Positions 8,926-18,786 of a DNA stretch of 64,000 bases are shown here, one piece after another. Source of the stretch: an uncultured virus (IMG/VR IMGVR_UViG_3300011471_000001) (Duplodnaviria; Heunggongvirae; Uroviricota; Caudoviricetes); IMG/VR virus record IMGVR_UViG_3300011471_000001, positions 1 through 64,000 of that record; one strand, 5' to 3'. The notes under the pieces are model-generated. The model was not told the origin of the DNA and ran no database searches. It saw nothing but the letters and a program-made list of their open reading frames with translations. The number at the start of each line of letters is the position of its first letter. Within the stretch, counting starts at the first letter, position 1. A program made the translations under genes and the position numbers.

Positions 8926-9720
8926 TTATTCCGCTTTTTGCGGTTCAGTCGCTGCCGCTGCGGCCACCAGCTCCGGCTGAGGCTGTGGGGCGTCGGTTTT
9001 CGCCTTTGCCAGCAGGATAGTGCGCTGCAGCTGCGCCTTTTCGATGGCCTCTTTCACCATATCAGCATCCAGTCCGACAACCGCAAACTTGTCCAGGCCT
9101 TCCATGCGGAAAAGACTCGTTTCCGGTGCCATTGCCTTCAGGGCTTTCTCGTTCTCAACTGTGATGTAGATCAGCTGTGGCTCGGCCTCTGCGCCGTCCG
9201 GGATATACACATAAGCATGCTGACCAACGCCTAACGCCTGGAGGAACAGAACACACACGGCCAGAGGCAGAGAGGTATGCGCCACGCTGACATGCTGTAG
9301 CCTGCCGGTCAAAACGCCGTGCAGCTTCGCGTTATGAGGCATGTACGGGCTTACCGTCTCCACGCGCCACATGCCGGTAAGCGAACCGTCCACAAACGCC
9401 TCGCCGGTAATGTTCATCGACATCTGACGCATGAGCAGCTGCGCAAAGCTCTTATCCAGCGTCGGAGCCAGAGGGAGTGCGCCGGTCTTCTCATTGATTG
9501 CGTCTACCGCTTCCTGACGTTTGGCGGCATCCTCTGGCAATTCCTGGCTGTGGAACAGCCAGTAGCGCTCATTTTTATTAACCCACACAGTGACGCCTTC
9601 AACTTCCTCCGGCTCAAAGCCCAGCGCAGCCACCAGCGCAATTTCGAGGTTTTCCGGAGCGATCTCGTTCTTCTGATTGACCTCAATGGCCGTGGTCTTG
9701 CTGATAATGTATTGAGTCAT
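8926..9720 (-). CDS. Hypothetical protein
   Basis: 264-aa ORF in an operon downstream of dut. Confidence 0.7.
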   Translation of the reverse strand: MTQYIISKTTAIEVNQKNEIAPENLEIALVAALGFEPEEVEGVTVWVNKNERYWLFHSQELPEDAAKRQEAVDAINEKTGALPLAPTLDKSFAQLLMRQMSMNITGEAFVDGSLTGMWRVETVSPYMPHNAKLHGVLTGRLQHVSVAHTSLPLAVCVLFLQALGVGQHAYVYIPDGAEAEPQLIYITVENEKALKAMAPETSLFRMEGLDKFAVVGLDADMVKEAIEKAQLQRTILLAKAKTDAPQPQPELVAAAAATEPQKAE

Positions 9721-9729
9721 GATTGCGCC

Positions 9730-10326
9730 TTATTTGCTGGTGGTCTTAGTGCTGGTGGTGGTGGAGGTGCTGGTTTCGTTCACCGCTGACTCTTCAACCT
9801 GAGCGGGTTGCTGCGAGTCGGCCGCGGTTGTGCCGGTACTATCTTCGACAGGCGTCGGGTTGCTCTGTACTGGCGTAGTAGACCCAAATCCGCCATCGCC
9901 GCGGGCGGTTTCTGATAGCTGATCCACTTCTTTCCAGGTGACTGACTCAACTTTCTCAATCGTTGCCTGCGCGATGACCATGCCAGCCTTCGGCTCGATG
10001 AACTGACCGCCTTCATCGGCAATCATGCGCAGTTTGATCTCGCCACGGTAATCGCTGTCGATGATGGCCACGTTGTTTGCCAGGCGCAGGAAGTTGTTCA
10101 CAGCCAGCCCGGAACGAGGATAAATCTTCATGCAGTAGCCAGGCGGGATCTCCACTGCCAGCCCGGTCGTAACCCACCACGCACGCGGCTGACGGGTTGC
10201 GCCCTGAGTCAGTACGACGTTATTTTTCACGTCCAGTGCGGTGATATCCCACGCTGCAGCGCCGTCCGAACCACGGAACGGCAGTTTGGCGTCTGGTGTG
10301 AGACGTTTGATCTTAATTTGAGGCAT
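9730..10326 (-). CDS. dut: dUTP diphosphatase (trimeric) with a low-complexity C-terminal extension
   Basis: AAAWD, PRSGLA, IIDSDYRGEI, IAQ and RGDGGFGST motifs. Confidence 0.93.
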   Translation of the reverse strand: MPQIKIKRLTPDAKLPFRGSDGAAAWDITALDVKNNVVLTQGATRQPRAWWVTTGLAVEIPPGYCMKIYPRSGLAVNNFLRLANNVAIIDSDYRGEIKLRMIADEGGQFIEPKAGMVIAQATIEKVESVTWKEVDQLSETARGDGGFGSTTPVQSNPTPVEDSTGTTAADSQQPAQVEESAVNETSTSTTTSTKTTSK

Positions 10327-10804
10327 GGCTTAACTCCGGTGATTTAAAGGTGTAATGGCGGCGCTTGCGGACAGAGTTCTCATAGAGAGGGACGTCTGTG
10401 TACTCCACCAGCCCGCGTGCAATCAGTTTCTTCACGGACTGCAGGAAGAGGGAATGGCTTACATCAAACTCCTGGCGCACCTGTCTGGCGGTGATGTACC
10501 GGTTCTGATCGAGCAGCATCAGAATGTACTCTTCGGTCTTCCCCATTTTCAGGGGCGTCAGCCTGGCGGCATACGCGGGCGTCACCGCCAGGCTGTACTC
10601 GTTATCAATGGATCGCGTGATCAGCCCGTTTTTCAGGAGGTCCAGCAGCGTTCCCCGGATGACGTGCGTTGACGTGTCCGGCAGGGCGCGGGTAAAGCGG
10701 CGGCGCGTGGCTATACGCTCATCCTTCAGCAGCATCAGCACAGCTGAGGCCGTTTCCGGATATCGGGCGCGAAAAACTTTAAGTTTTGGTAAAAGGCGCT
10801 TCAA
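10313..10804 (-). CDS. Tandem winged-HTH DNA-binding protein
   Basis: Two wHTH-like repeats (LLDLLKNGLITR; VKKLIARGLVEY); start uncertain. Confidence 0.55.
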   Translation of the reverse strand: MKRLLPKLKVFRARYPETASAVLMLLKDERIATRRRFTRALPDTSTHVIRGTLLDLLKNGLITRSIDNEYSLAVTPAYAARLTPLKMGKTEEYILMLLDQNRYITARQVRQEFDVSHSLFLQSVKKLIARGLVEYTDVPLYENSVRKRRHYTFKSPELSHASN

Positions 10805-10911
10805 TGTTCTGTTATCCTTGCCATTGGTTTATTTCGGATACCTACATCCAGTGGTTAACGTTTGAACCAGAACGAACGGGATAAGGGAGCCAGCAATGGC
10901 TCCCTTTTTCT

Positions 10912-11370
10912 TTAGTCCTGCGTCCACTTCTCGCCCGTATCAACGCACACCACGCCGTGACACACGCGCCCCTGATCCAGCCTGAAGGCCATGCCGCCCA
11001 GCTTGCTGCGCCTGCGGCAGAACTGCGCGCCTGACAGGTAGGCATGCGGCATAACAGACTCGATCGCGCCTTCCTCGGTACACTGGCCGTCCTCTGCGTC
11101 GGCATAGCCACGCGCAAACTCGCTCAGCACTTCTCGCCGGTCTTCAAAGCGAATGATTTCGCCCTGGTCCGGGTCGCGGGCGTACTCGATCGCGCCGTAT
11201 TTAGCGAGGGATGCGACGGTTTTGGGGTGCCTGAATATTTCCTCGCCCCAGTACTGCCCGGTGCAGGAATCGACGTAGGAGCCGCTGGAATAGGAGCCGA
11301 TAGGATTAGAGACGTCGTGTGCCATTGCCACAGCCACGAAGAAGTTAACGACGTTGCCGGTAACAGACAT
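10912..11370 (-). CDS. Hypothetical protein
   Basis: Overlaps the stop codon of the upstream gene. Confidence 0.6.
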   Translation of the reverse strand: MSVTGNVVNFFVAVAMAHDVSNPIGSYSSGSYVDSCTGQYWGEEIFRHPKTVASLAKYGAIEYARDPDQGEIIRFEDRREVLSEFARGYADAEDGQCTEEGAIESVMPHAYLSGAQFCRRRSKLGGMAFRLDQGRVCHGVVCVDTGEKWTQD

Positions 11371-11702
11371 TATTTCCCCGTAAAGAGCCGTTCCCGGCTG
11401 CTTAAGGTGTTGGTTTCCTGCTGGGTGAAAGCGCGGTCCACCAGCCCGACAACTGTGGCAAATTCACTTCTGAAATACTCCAGTAGCTTATTTGCGGCGC
11501 GGTCGGTGATGTTTTCCACGTAGTAGCAGGCGCTATATTGGTCGATCCTGGGTTTTTCGAGGGTCAGCAGTGGTGCGGCTTCTGACAGCGTAGACACGCC
11601 GTATTCCACCAGCGGCACTCCGCCGCGCTCGATGGCGGTAAAGGTCAGCTGGTGGCCGTCAATGGAGAACGTGCGCGTAAGTAAGATTTTTTGTCTGGCC
11701 AT
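11370..11702 (-). CDS. Hypothetical protein downstream of cre
   Basis: First gene after an operator-like site at 11758. Confidence 0.55.
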   Translation of the reverse strand: MARQKILLTRTFSIDGHQLTFTAIERGGVPLVEYGVSTLSEAAPLLTLEKPRIDQYSACYYVENITDRAANKLLEYFRSEFATVVGLVDRAFTQQETNTLSSRERLFTGK

Positions 11703-11795
11703 CGGTATTCGCAGGATGCGGGATGGCCCGAATTGTGGGGGATAAATGGTAACGTTACAATTATTTTTTCTTTAGATTTCAATAAATCTAAATCT

Positions 11796-12827
11796 CTATT
11801 CTCCGTCCAGTATTCCCGACATTTTCCCTTTCTGACTTTCAGAGCGGCGGAGGTAGCGCATAACGGTTTTCGGATCCTGCCAGGTGCCTTCCTGCATGAT
11901 CTGAGTAATCGTCGCATCACGTTCGGCCATATCCATCGCGGCACCCACGCGGGCGCTGTGGCCGGACCATTTGGCATAGCGGCCTTTGTTGTCCTGAACC
12001 GGCTCTTTCCCCAGCAGATCCCATGCGTCTTTGAAAATCTTCTCGGTCGCCGGCGCAGACATTGGCTTTTCCGACACGCCAGCCGTGTTGTTGTGGCGGA
12101 CCGGGCCGAAAACCATCGCGTCCGGATGATGAATCAGCCCGGACAGCTCCAGCCAGTGCATCAGATGACCGGCAGCGGCGCGGCTGAGGTGCTTGATCAC
12201 GCCCGCAGCCGTCACCATCGTTTTAGTGTGTGACAGGTTGATCACCACATGGCCACTGTCGCTGATATCCAGGTCGCGCACCCGGATGCGGCTGAGTTCG
12301 GACATACGGCACAGGGTGTTGTAGGCCACAAACAGAAACGCCAGGTTGCGCTGATCGGTCAGCCGGTCGGAGCGGCCCATGAGGTGCGACAGCAGCTGCA
12401 GGTCCGGCAGACGGAACGGCACAGCTTGGCCGGTGCGTTCACCCTGGAGCACGGCCTCGCGGCGGATGCGTTTCATGGAGCGCTTCAAGTCCACGCTTCC
12501 CCGGAGATCCGGCAGGCCGCTTTCCCGGCACAGCATGTTCATCATGGCATAGTGCTTGTCGATCGTGCTCGATGCCAGGCCGCTTTCTGCCATCTGCAGA
12601 AAGTACTCCCGCGCCAGTTCGGGGTCGATCGGCAGGTAGCCCACATCGCGCTCGTTACACCAGAAGGCCCAGCGCCGGATAACGGATAACAGGTCGCGGA
12701 AAGTATTCTCGGAATAAGCGGCCTTATCTGCGATGAATCTGCGCAGGTTATTTGCAATGTCTTCCGGCGTTAATTGCGTTAATTCTGCCGGGAGTGCGGT
12801 GGTCTTTATTTGAGCCAGATGTTTCAT
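11796..12827 (-). CDS. cre: Cre-family tyrosine recombinase (Panto/Dre-like)
   Basis: 343 aa; AYNTLCRMSELSRI, KT, WSGHSARVGAA and W..TVMRY catalytic residues; lox-like site about 190 bp upstream. Confidence 0.95.
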   Translation of the reverse strand: MKHLAQIKTTALPAELTQLTPEDIANNLRRFIADKAAYSENTFRDLLSVIRRWAFWCNERDVGYLPIDPELAREYFLQMAESGLASSTIDKHYAMMNMLCRESGLPDLRGSVDLKRSMKRIRREAVLQGERTGQAVPFRLPDLQLLSHLMGRSDRLTDQRNLAFLFVAYNTLCRMSELSRIRVRDLDISDSGHVVINLSHTKTMVTAAGVIKHLSRAAAGHLMHWLELSGLIHHPDAMVFGPVRHNNTAGVSEKPMSAPATEKIFKDAWDLLGKEPVQDNKGRYAKWSGHSARVGAAMDMAERDATITQIMQEGTWQDPKTVMRYLRRSESQKGKMSGILDGE

Positions 12828-13017
12828 TTATATATTTCATCCCAAATCAGAGAGACAACGCTACGCGAAATCTACGAAAACAGCAGGGGTGTGATGCGCC
12901 AGATTTCACGTAGCGACGCCTGATGCAAAACCGCTCAGAAAGCATACATTTTGCCAGCGGCATTGCTAACCTGATCATTTGATCATCAACCACTGATCAA
13001 GCATACATGAATTAGGG

Positions 13018-13051
13018 GAAACTTTATATAAGACTTATTATTTAAAGTTTC
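13018..13051. other. lox-like (pox-type) recombination site, 13-8-13
   Basis: GAAACTTTATATA-AGACTTAT-TATTTAAAGTTTC; arms are inverted repeats with one mismatch; lies between cre and c1, as loxP does in P1. Confidence 0.9.
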
Positions 13052-13332
13052 CTATTTTGACACTTTTTGTACAGCGACTGCCTGCAAGAGTAGCCAAATC
13101 GAAAAATTTGCAAATTCGTTACGTTATTATTCGTGATCGCTACCATGCCTTCATATATGATCATTTGGCATGCAAATTGATTGCTAAAGGTAACTATTAT
13201 CAGTCGGGACCATTGGCCCAGGCGCTTTGCACCTGATACCTGTTAGACAACCCTGAACACACAGTTTAGTTAATAAGCGTGTACAGCAGAAATATCTGAC
13301 AGATGCACAATGCAGACTATTCTTATTATTGC

Positions 13333-13354
13333 AATTCTAAGGAGAGTTAATTTT
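13333..13354 (+). promoter_or_regulatory. Putative repressor operator upstream of c1
   Basis: AATTCTAAGGAGAGTTAATTTT, one of 8 related copies in intergenic early regions. Confidence 0.6.
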
Positions 13355-13437
13355 ACATGGCTACTGATTCTGTCTATATTCGCCCCCATTAAGTCCAGAG
13401 AGACTTGCACCGCTCATTAATTTTTTGGAATACAATT

Positions 13438-14517
13438 ATGCCTAACTTCAGCGATGTAGAATTTGAGAAGCGCTATAAACATTTTCTACAGGTACAAAAA
13501 GAGTGGCTGACTCTCATCACGGACAACCAGATTTTCATTGATAAAAACGCTATGGGCGAAGAATGCCGCCCGATCGGCTTTATCACTGACAAGAAGACCT
13601 TTCAGCGCGCAGAGCACCTACTGGCCGACTGGCAGAGCTTTGCCGACCTGGCAGAAGAGAAACGTCAGGCGCGTTCTATCGCGATTACGACTAACCTTTA
13701 CCTGCCGGTGCCGACCCTTATCATTGAGCCGAAGCACGTCACTATCAACCGCTTCCGCGCTACGGCGACCGCGAACCACACCCGCGAAGATATCCTGAAG
13801 CGTTATGAGAAGCAGATCGGCAAGCTGCGCAAGGTTCCGTTCGCTGCCGGTGCCATCATGTCGCTGGAAGACGAAATGAAGGCGTTTGAAGCCGCAGCGC
13901 CAGGCGCAATGTACCGCGCCCGCACCAGCAACTACTCTGACATTCAGGTGACTGCGCGCTATACCGACGACAAAAAAGACGAGGGCGAATCGTTCCGTTA
14001 TGGCGCGCACGGCATGCTTATCTACGGTGAAAACCTGAACAAAGAGCGTGATATCAGGCTGAACGTTAACAGCAACGGCGGTTACACGTCCTCTTACGAC
14101 GCGATTTCCCCTGTGGCATGCTCAGTACTGCCGAATGCCAAGCTGTACACGATGGAAGACGTGGATTACAGCAAGCAGCTGGCCGCTCAGCGTTCTTCTG
14201 TGGCCTATACGGTGAACACGCGCCGCACTCAGTTTGAGACCAGGGCAAAGGCGAAGATTGCGAAGGCAAAGGACGCGCAGGAAGCACGTCTGTTTAAGGC
14301 TGAAATCGACGAAAACCGCGACCTGCTGGAAAAGCTGGAAGCATACGACTGGGCGCTGCTGGAGAAGAAGGTTGCTGCAGGCGATACCGAACAGCTGACC
14401 ATGCCGGAGATCCGCAAGCGCTACGGTGGCGAAGAGCCACGCGCCGGAAAAAACATGCGCAACATGTACAGCCTCCTGCGCGAACTGGAAAGTAACCTGA
14501 AAAATCAGGGCAAATAA
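13438..14517 (+). CDS. c1: C1 primary repressor homolog
   Basis: Segments LYLPVPT, YRARTSNYSD and SSYDAISPVAC..PNAKLY align with recalled P1 C1; position between pacB and the lox site matches P1. Confidence 0.8.
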   Translation: MPNFSDVEFEKRYKHFLQVQKEWLTLITDNQIFIDKNAMGEECRPIGFITDKKTFQRAEHLLADWQSFADLAEEKRQARSIAITTNLYLPVPTLIIEPKHVTINRFRATATANHTREDILKRYEKQIGKLRKVPFAAGAIMSLEDEMKAFEAAAPGAMYRARTSNYSDIQVTARYTDDKKDEGESFRYGAHGMLIYGENLNKERDIRLNVNSNGGYTSSYDAISPVACSVLPNAKLYTMEDVDYSKQLAAQRSSVAYTVNTRRTQFETRAKAKIAKAKDAQEARLFKAEIDENRDLLEKLEAYDWALLEKKVAAGDTEQLTMPEIRKRYGGEEPRAGKNMRNMYSLLRELESNLKNQGK

Positions 14518-14549
14518 CAAGCAGTATTCTGCCACCAGCAGAGAAAACA

Positions 14550-14575
14550 GAAGGGCGCATAAGCGCCCTTTTTTG
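14550..14575. terminator. Terminator AAGGGCGC-ATAA-GCGCCCTT + T tract
   Basis: Hairpin between convergent c1 and pacB. Confidence 0.8.
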
Positions 14576-14643
14576 TAGCCGTAAATCAGTCAGTCTGACC
14601 AAATTTCAGTCAGTTACTGACTATAGTGGTTGCCTGCTGGTGG

Positions 14644-16155
14644 TCAGCCCAGCAGCGCGTCCAGCTCCGACAGCTCATCCAGTTTGCTCTGCGTAAAGTC
14701 AGCCATATCTTCGCTCAGTTCGGCCTCTGCCGGACGGTAGCCAATCAGGAAGATGAAGCAGTAGGTATCCCAGCGGTCAGGCGATTTGATGTTAAGTTTC
14801 TGCCGCATCTGAGGCTTCGGCACCATCATAATTCGCCCCATTTCATCCATGAAGTACGGAATCTTTGAGCCCTGCTCTGCCGTGTGCTGTGACATATCAA
14901 TGCGCATCCGGCCCGACCGGATCGCGTCAGCGGCCATGATGTTCGACCAGGCGCGCTGGTTCTTGAATCGCTCTCTCACCTTCTTACTGAAAGGCGGCTG
15001 GCCCCAGCGGATACTGATTGCATTAACGCCCCGGCGCTCCAGCTGCTTGAGCGTACCCGAACCCACTCCGTCGCCATCTACCGCAATGGTAATGCCCGGA
15101 TAGCGCTCCTGGGTGCATTCGTTGGCGATGTAGTCACCGAACGAGATCGGGTCCATTGTACCGGGCATTTCCAGCAGCTTAAACGACACGACGCGGCGCG
15201 CATCGCCGTACCCGGATACTTTGCAAATGTTGAGGATCGACTTATCGCGCCCGTTACCGACGTCGGCGGTGGCCACCCATCCCCAGCCCTTCTCCAGATA
15301 CACTTTCCGGCGCGCTGCGCGATCGCACTCGTCACGCCCCAGCAGATAGCCGCTGACGTTGCGCGGGAAGCGGCCCAGCACCTTCACCATGTATTCCAGC
15401 GAGTCGCGCCCGCCGTACTCCACCAGCTTTTCACGGATGAATTTCAGGGTAACGTGTGGCGCTTCCTCGGAATTAAGCACTATGGCATTCCAGAAGCCGT
15501 TAGGGTTATCCGGGTGTCGGGCTAACGAATGGTGCGAGTCATAGAAGTAACCACTGGGGCGAGTAGGCTGCGACATCATCAGCATGCGGTTATCTTCTTC
15601 TGTCAGCGCACCACGCATGATTGCGATCGCTTTGTCAGAGATACCCGACGCCTCATCGAGGATCAGCAGAATGTGTGCGGCGTGCTCACCGGCAAGCGCT
15701 TCCTCGTTACCCAGGCGATAGCCCTTACAGAGCACCTCCCAGATGCCCTTACGCGACTTCTCGTAAAACATAGTGTCGGTCAGGGTGAAGTAGTTTTGAA
15801 GCCACGGGTGACGTCTGGCGGCGTTCGCCCAGTAGGTTTTGACGTACTTGAAAACGCCGGTCTTAACCTGCCCGATTTTGTTGGCCACGATGATTACGCG
15901 GGCATCCGGGTACATGATCATGTAGATCAGCAGCATCATGGCCGTCAGGGATGATTTACCCGTACCGTGTCCAGACGTCACGGTAGTCTGGCTCCCGGTC
16001 TCCTGTACGGAGTTCATGATCTCTTCCTGCTGCCAGGTGGGGATCATGCCAAACAGCTCAACGACGGCCAGCGCCCAGTTATAGCGGTAACGGATAACCA
16101 TGTCGCGCCAGCGCGGGTCTGTGGTGACGCTCTTTACGCGCTTCTTACCGCTCAT
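14644..16155 (-). CDS. pacB: Terminase large subunit PacB
   Basis: Walker A SGHGTGKS, Walker B ILDEA, nuclease-domain ADVG and SPDRWD. Confidence 0.92.
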   Translation of the reverse strand: MSGKKRVKSVTTDPRWRDMVIRYRYNWALAVVELFGMIPTWQQEEIMNSVQETGSQTTVTSGHGTGKSSLTAMMLLIYMIMYPDARVIIVANKIGQVKTGVFKYVKTYWANAARRHPWLQNYFTLTDTMFYEKSRKGIWEVLCKGYRLGNEEALAGEHAAHILLILDEASGISDKAIAIMRGALTEEDNRMLMMSQPTRPSGYFYDSHHSLARHPDNPNGFWNAIVLNSEEAPHVTLKFIREKLVEYGGRDSLEYMVKVLGRFPRNVSGYLLGRDECDRAARRKVYLEKGWGWVATADVGNGRDKSILNICKVSGYGDARRVVSFKLLEMPGTMDPISFGDYIANECTQERYPGITIAVDGDGVGSGTLKQLERRGVNAISIRWGQPPFSKKVRERFKNQRAWSNIMAADAIRSGRMRIDMSQHTAEQGSKIPYFMDEMGRIMMVPKPQMRQKLNIKSPDRWDTYCFIFLIGYRPAEAELSEDMADFTQSKLDELSELDALLG

Positions 16156-17471
16156 CAGGCGTCATCCTCGCCCGTCATAACGGATTGGGTATCGGTCATA
16201 ACGGATTCGTCGTCGGTCATAACGGATATCTCAGGCGGGATATCATCGTCGTCTCCGTACAGCTCCGCCGTAGCCATGTAATCAAAGTTGCCGCTGAGAT
16301 TACCCTCGCCCGCTGTTTCGCCGGCGCGGTTCTCTCCGTCTGCCTGGACGTCACCGAATCCGCTGCCATCCACCAGCGCTGCCACTTCCGCACGGCGCGC
16401 CTCAACAAACGCCGCGCTAGTGGCCTGCTGTTCCCGGAACTTACGTGCATCCTGGTCCAGCTGGTCCTCTGTAACCGCGCCGGTTTCATCAACTAGCGGC
16501 TCGGCGTTCTTGAGCTCGTTCTCAAGGCGTCTGGATAGTGACTCAGGCAGTTTGATACCGTGCCGCTCGATGTACTCGGCCGTCTCCAGTAAATCCCAGT
16601 CCTTTTCCTCGCGCAGCTGGTAGGCGCGGCTAATCACCTCACCGGCGTTATGCGTCAGTGCATGCTTCTCATTGTCGCGCCGGTTCTTGTCGGTGCCGCT
16701 GGCGATCGCCGCCACCCGCGTAGCGTGGTCATTAACCAGATAACCGACCTCGATCATCAGTTTGGTCATCTTGAGGATGGGGTGTGGCCCGCCGCCGCCT
16801 TCGTCATCCTCCTTTTTGCCGCCGTTCTTCAGGTTACTGGCTTCCAGTTCAAACAGTTCGACCGCCCGCGCCGTGGTGCGCTTCAGCAGGTCCATGTGAG
16901 CCAGCGAGTCAAACAGCACTGTCATGGCGCTGGCTTCCACGCCCTCGCCCAGTACCTCTAATGCTGATTCGTAATCCTCCGGCCGCGGGTAGCCGCGCCG
17001 GTTGGCCACCAGCTTAGTTTCATGCCCTTCCTCAAACGGTTTTCCCTCCCCGCGAGGCTTTGGGGTGTGCTTCGGGCGCCCGGAATCCTGATCACCGGCA
17101 TTTATGATCTTTTTGGCATGTGAAGCATTGGGCTTTTTCTTCCCGCCAGGCTGCGCTACTGCGTCAGCGCGTGGTTCCAGCACCCCCTCTAAAGCCGCGC
17201 TGTGCCTGACTTTTCGCCCGTTTCGGCGGATGATCAGGTCTTCTTGCCTGGCGTGATCATTTTGATGATCAGAAGCGTGATCACTCGAATGATCATGATT
17301 GTGATCACCAGCCTGATCACACATTGCGGCCAGCGCTTTGCCGTTCAGCTCCCGGCGTGCGGTGTTAAACGGCAGACCGTAGTGCTCACAGTACTCTTTG
17401 ACGGTTATCCCGTTCTGCGCCTTCTGCTCGATGAAGGCTTTTCTGTGGTCATCCCAGTTAACTTTGGACAT
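16155..17471 (-). CDS. pacA: Terminase small subunit PacA
   Basis: Coupled to pacB; N-terminal HTH; DH-repeat region produced by TGATCA pac repeats, as in P1. Confidence 0.85.
   Translation of the reverse strand: MSKVNWDDHRKAFIEQKAQNGITVKEYCEHYGLPFNTARRELNGKALAAMCDQAGDHNHDHSSDHASDHQNDHARQEDLIIRRNGRKVRHSAALEGVLEPRADAVAQPGGKKKPNASHAKKIINAGDQDSGRPKHTPKPRGEGKPFEEGHETKLVANRRGYPRPEDYESALEVLGEGVEASAMTVLFDSLAHMDLLKRTTARAVELFELEASNLKNGGKKEDDEGGGGPHPILKMTKLMIEVGYLVNDHATRVAAIASGTDKNRRDNEKHALTHNAGEVISRAYQLREEKDWDLLETAEYIERHGIKLPESLSRRLENELKNAEPLVDETGAVTEDQLDQDARKFREQQATSAAFVEARRAEVAALVDGSGFGDVQADGENRAGETAGEGNLSGNFDYMATAELYGDDDDIPPEISVMTDDESVMTDTQSVMTGEDDA
17230..17320. other. pac cleavage site (cluster of TGATCA/Dam hexamers inside pacA)
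   Basis: Seven TGATCA in about 90 bp, six of them at 10-12 bp spacing; P1 pac is likewise inside pacA. Confidence 0.8.
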
Positions 17472-17504
17472 GGTTTATCGTTCAAAAGAGGCCAATAAAC
17501 CGGG

Positions 17505-17525
17505 ATGGTATGGAGTCTGTAATTT
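17505..17525 (-). promoter_or_regulatory. Late promoter upstream of pacA (AAATTACAGACTCCATACCAT)
   Basis: Motif repeated before lyz, lydA, R and pro. Confidence 0.75.
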
Positions 17526-17656
17526 GCAGTGATCACATTAATGATCACTATCGCAGCTAACGCGCCGTTTTGGTCCCTTACTAATGGACAAAACCGGAAT
17601 ATGTGGTACTTTGATTGCTCGTTCGCAGTATGAAATTAACCACTGGATAAAATTAA

Positions 17657-18784
17657 ATGACTAAGAATAAAGCTGTTTTAGTGGCAGTAGACGCAGGCTC
17701 TGGCAACGTAGCACTGACTTATGCTGAGGAAGGCACAGGGCGCTGGATCACCTCTGTTACCCCTTCACTGATACTGGAGGGCCACCAGCAGTCTTTCGCG
17801 GCTGAATCACAGTCAACGTGGCTGACAACGGATGCCAGCGGCAAAGAGCGCGCCTACACCGTCATGAAGAAAGGCTATGACCTGTATGACACCTGCGACC
17901 CTAACTATCAGGTCTCACCCGCTCACCGCGTCCTGATTGCCGATGCACTGCACCGTGCTGGCCTCGGCGGGCGTGATGTGATCATTGGTGAAACGTTGCC
18001 GGTGAATCAGTTCTACAGCGCTATGGGTGTGATTAACGAAGCCCGTATCCGTGAGAAGGTTGCCAGCCTGAAGACGCCTGTCACCAATTACCGCGACGGC
18101 AGCGAACCGGCTAACATCATTCACGTCGAAGTATTCCCTGAAGCCGTTCCTGCCATCGTTTCGGCACAGGCTGATAATCCGGAGCTGGCTGACGCTGAGC
18201 AGACGCTGGTAGTGGACTTGGGACGCTTTACCTGTGATATCGCCCTGGTAGATAAAGACCTGATGCCTGTGAAAAAGGCCAGTTATGAGCACGGCGTTCA
18301 GAAGATGATCGAGCGTGTCCATGCGCTGCTGCCTGAGTTTGAAGAAAAGCTGGGTAAATCGTTCGGTGCATCCGATCTCAGCGTTGATAGCGTTGATGCC
18401 ATCATTCGTCAGGGCTATATCGGCTCCCGTCTGGAAAGCGCTAAATCGAAGCGTATTGATATCAGTGAAGTCATCAATCAGGCCGCATCTGAGCTGGCAG
18501 AGAAAATCTGGCAGGACGTGCGTGCGCTGCACCGTAATACCCGCGATGTTGACGTTGTTCTGGTTGTTGGCGGCGGTGCTAACTACATCGCTGGCAAGCT
18601 GTCAGGACTGACCGATCACACCGCTGGCTGGCATGATGTTGTTGTTGTGCCGAATAACCCTGAAATGGCTATTGCGCGTGGCGTCTATCTGGCGCTGCAG
18701 GCCTCAGAGGCCGATATTCTGGCTGATATCAGCAGTGCGGCGTCTGTAAGCGATATCCGTAGCCGGACCAACGAGAAGGGCTAA
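17657..18784 (+). CDS. parM: ParM/StbA actin-like partition ATPase
   Basis: AVDAGSGNV, LPV..F, PEA, VVDLGRFTCD, VGGGA and AIARG actin-fold motifs. Confidence 0.85.
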   Translation: MTKNKAVLVAVDAGSGNVALTYAEEGTGRWITSVTPSLILEGHQQSFAAESQSTWLTTDASGKERAYTVMKKGYDLYDTCDPNYQVSPAHRVLIADALHRAGLGGRDVIIGETLPVNQFYSAMGVINEARIREKVASLKTPVTNYRDGSEPANIIHVEVFPEAVPAIVSAQADNPELADAEQTLVVDLGRFTCDIALVDKDLMPVKKASYEHGVQKMIERVHALLPEFEEKLGKSFGASDLSVDSVDAIIRQGYIGSRLESAKSKRIDISEVINQAASELAEKIWQDVRALHRNTRDVDVVLVVGGGANYIAGKLSGLTDHTAGWHDVVVVPNNPEMAIARGVYLALQASEADILADISSAASVSDIRSRTNEKG

Positions 18785-18786
18785 CT

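Noticed and set aside
16175..16226. TCGGTCATAACGGA repeats at the end of pacA as iterons or a CRISPR array
   Set aside because: They are in-frame 21-bp coding repeats (SVMT) with no spacers; no CRISPR array or cas genes are seen in the window.
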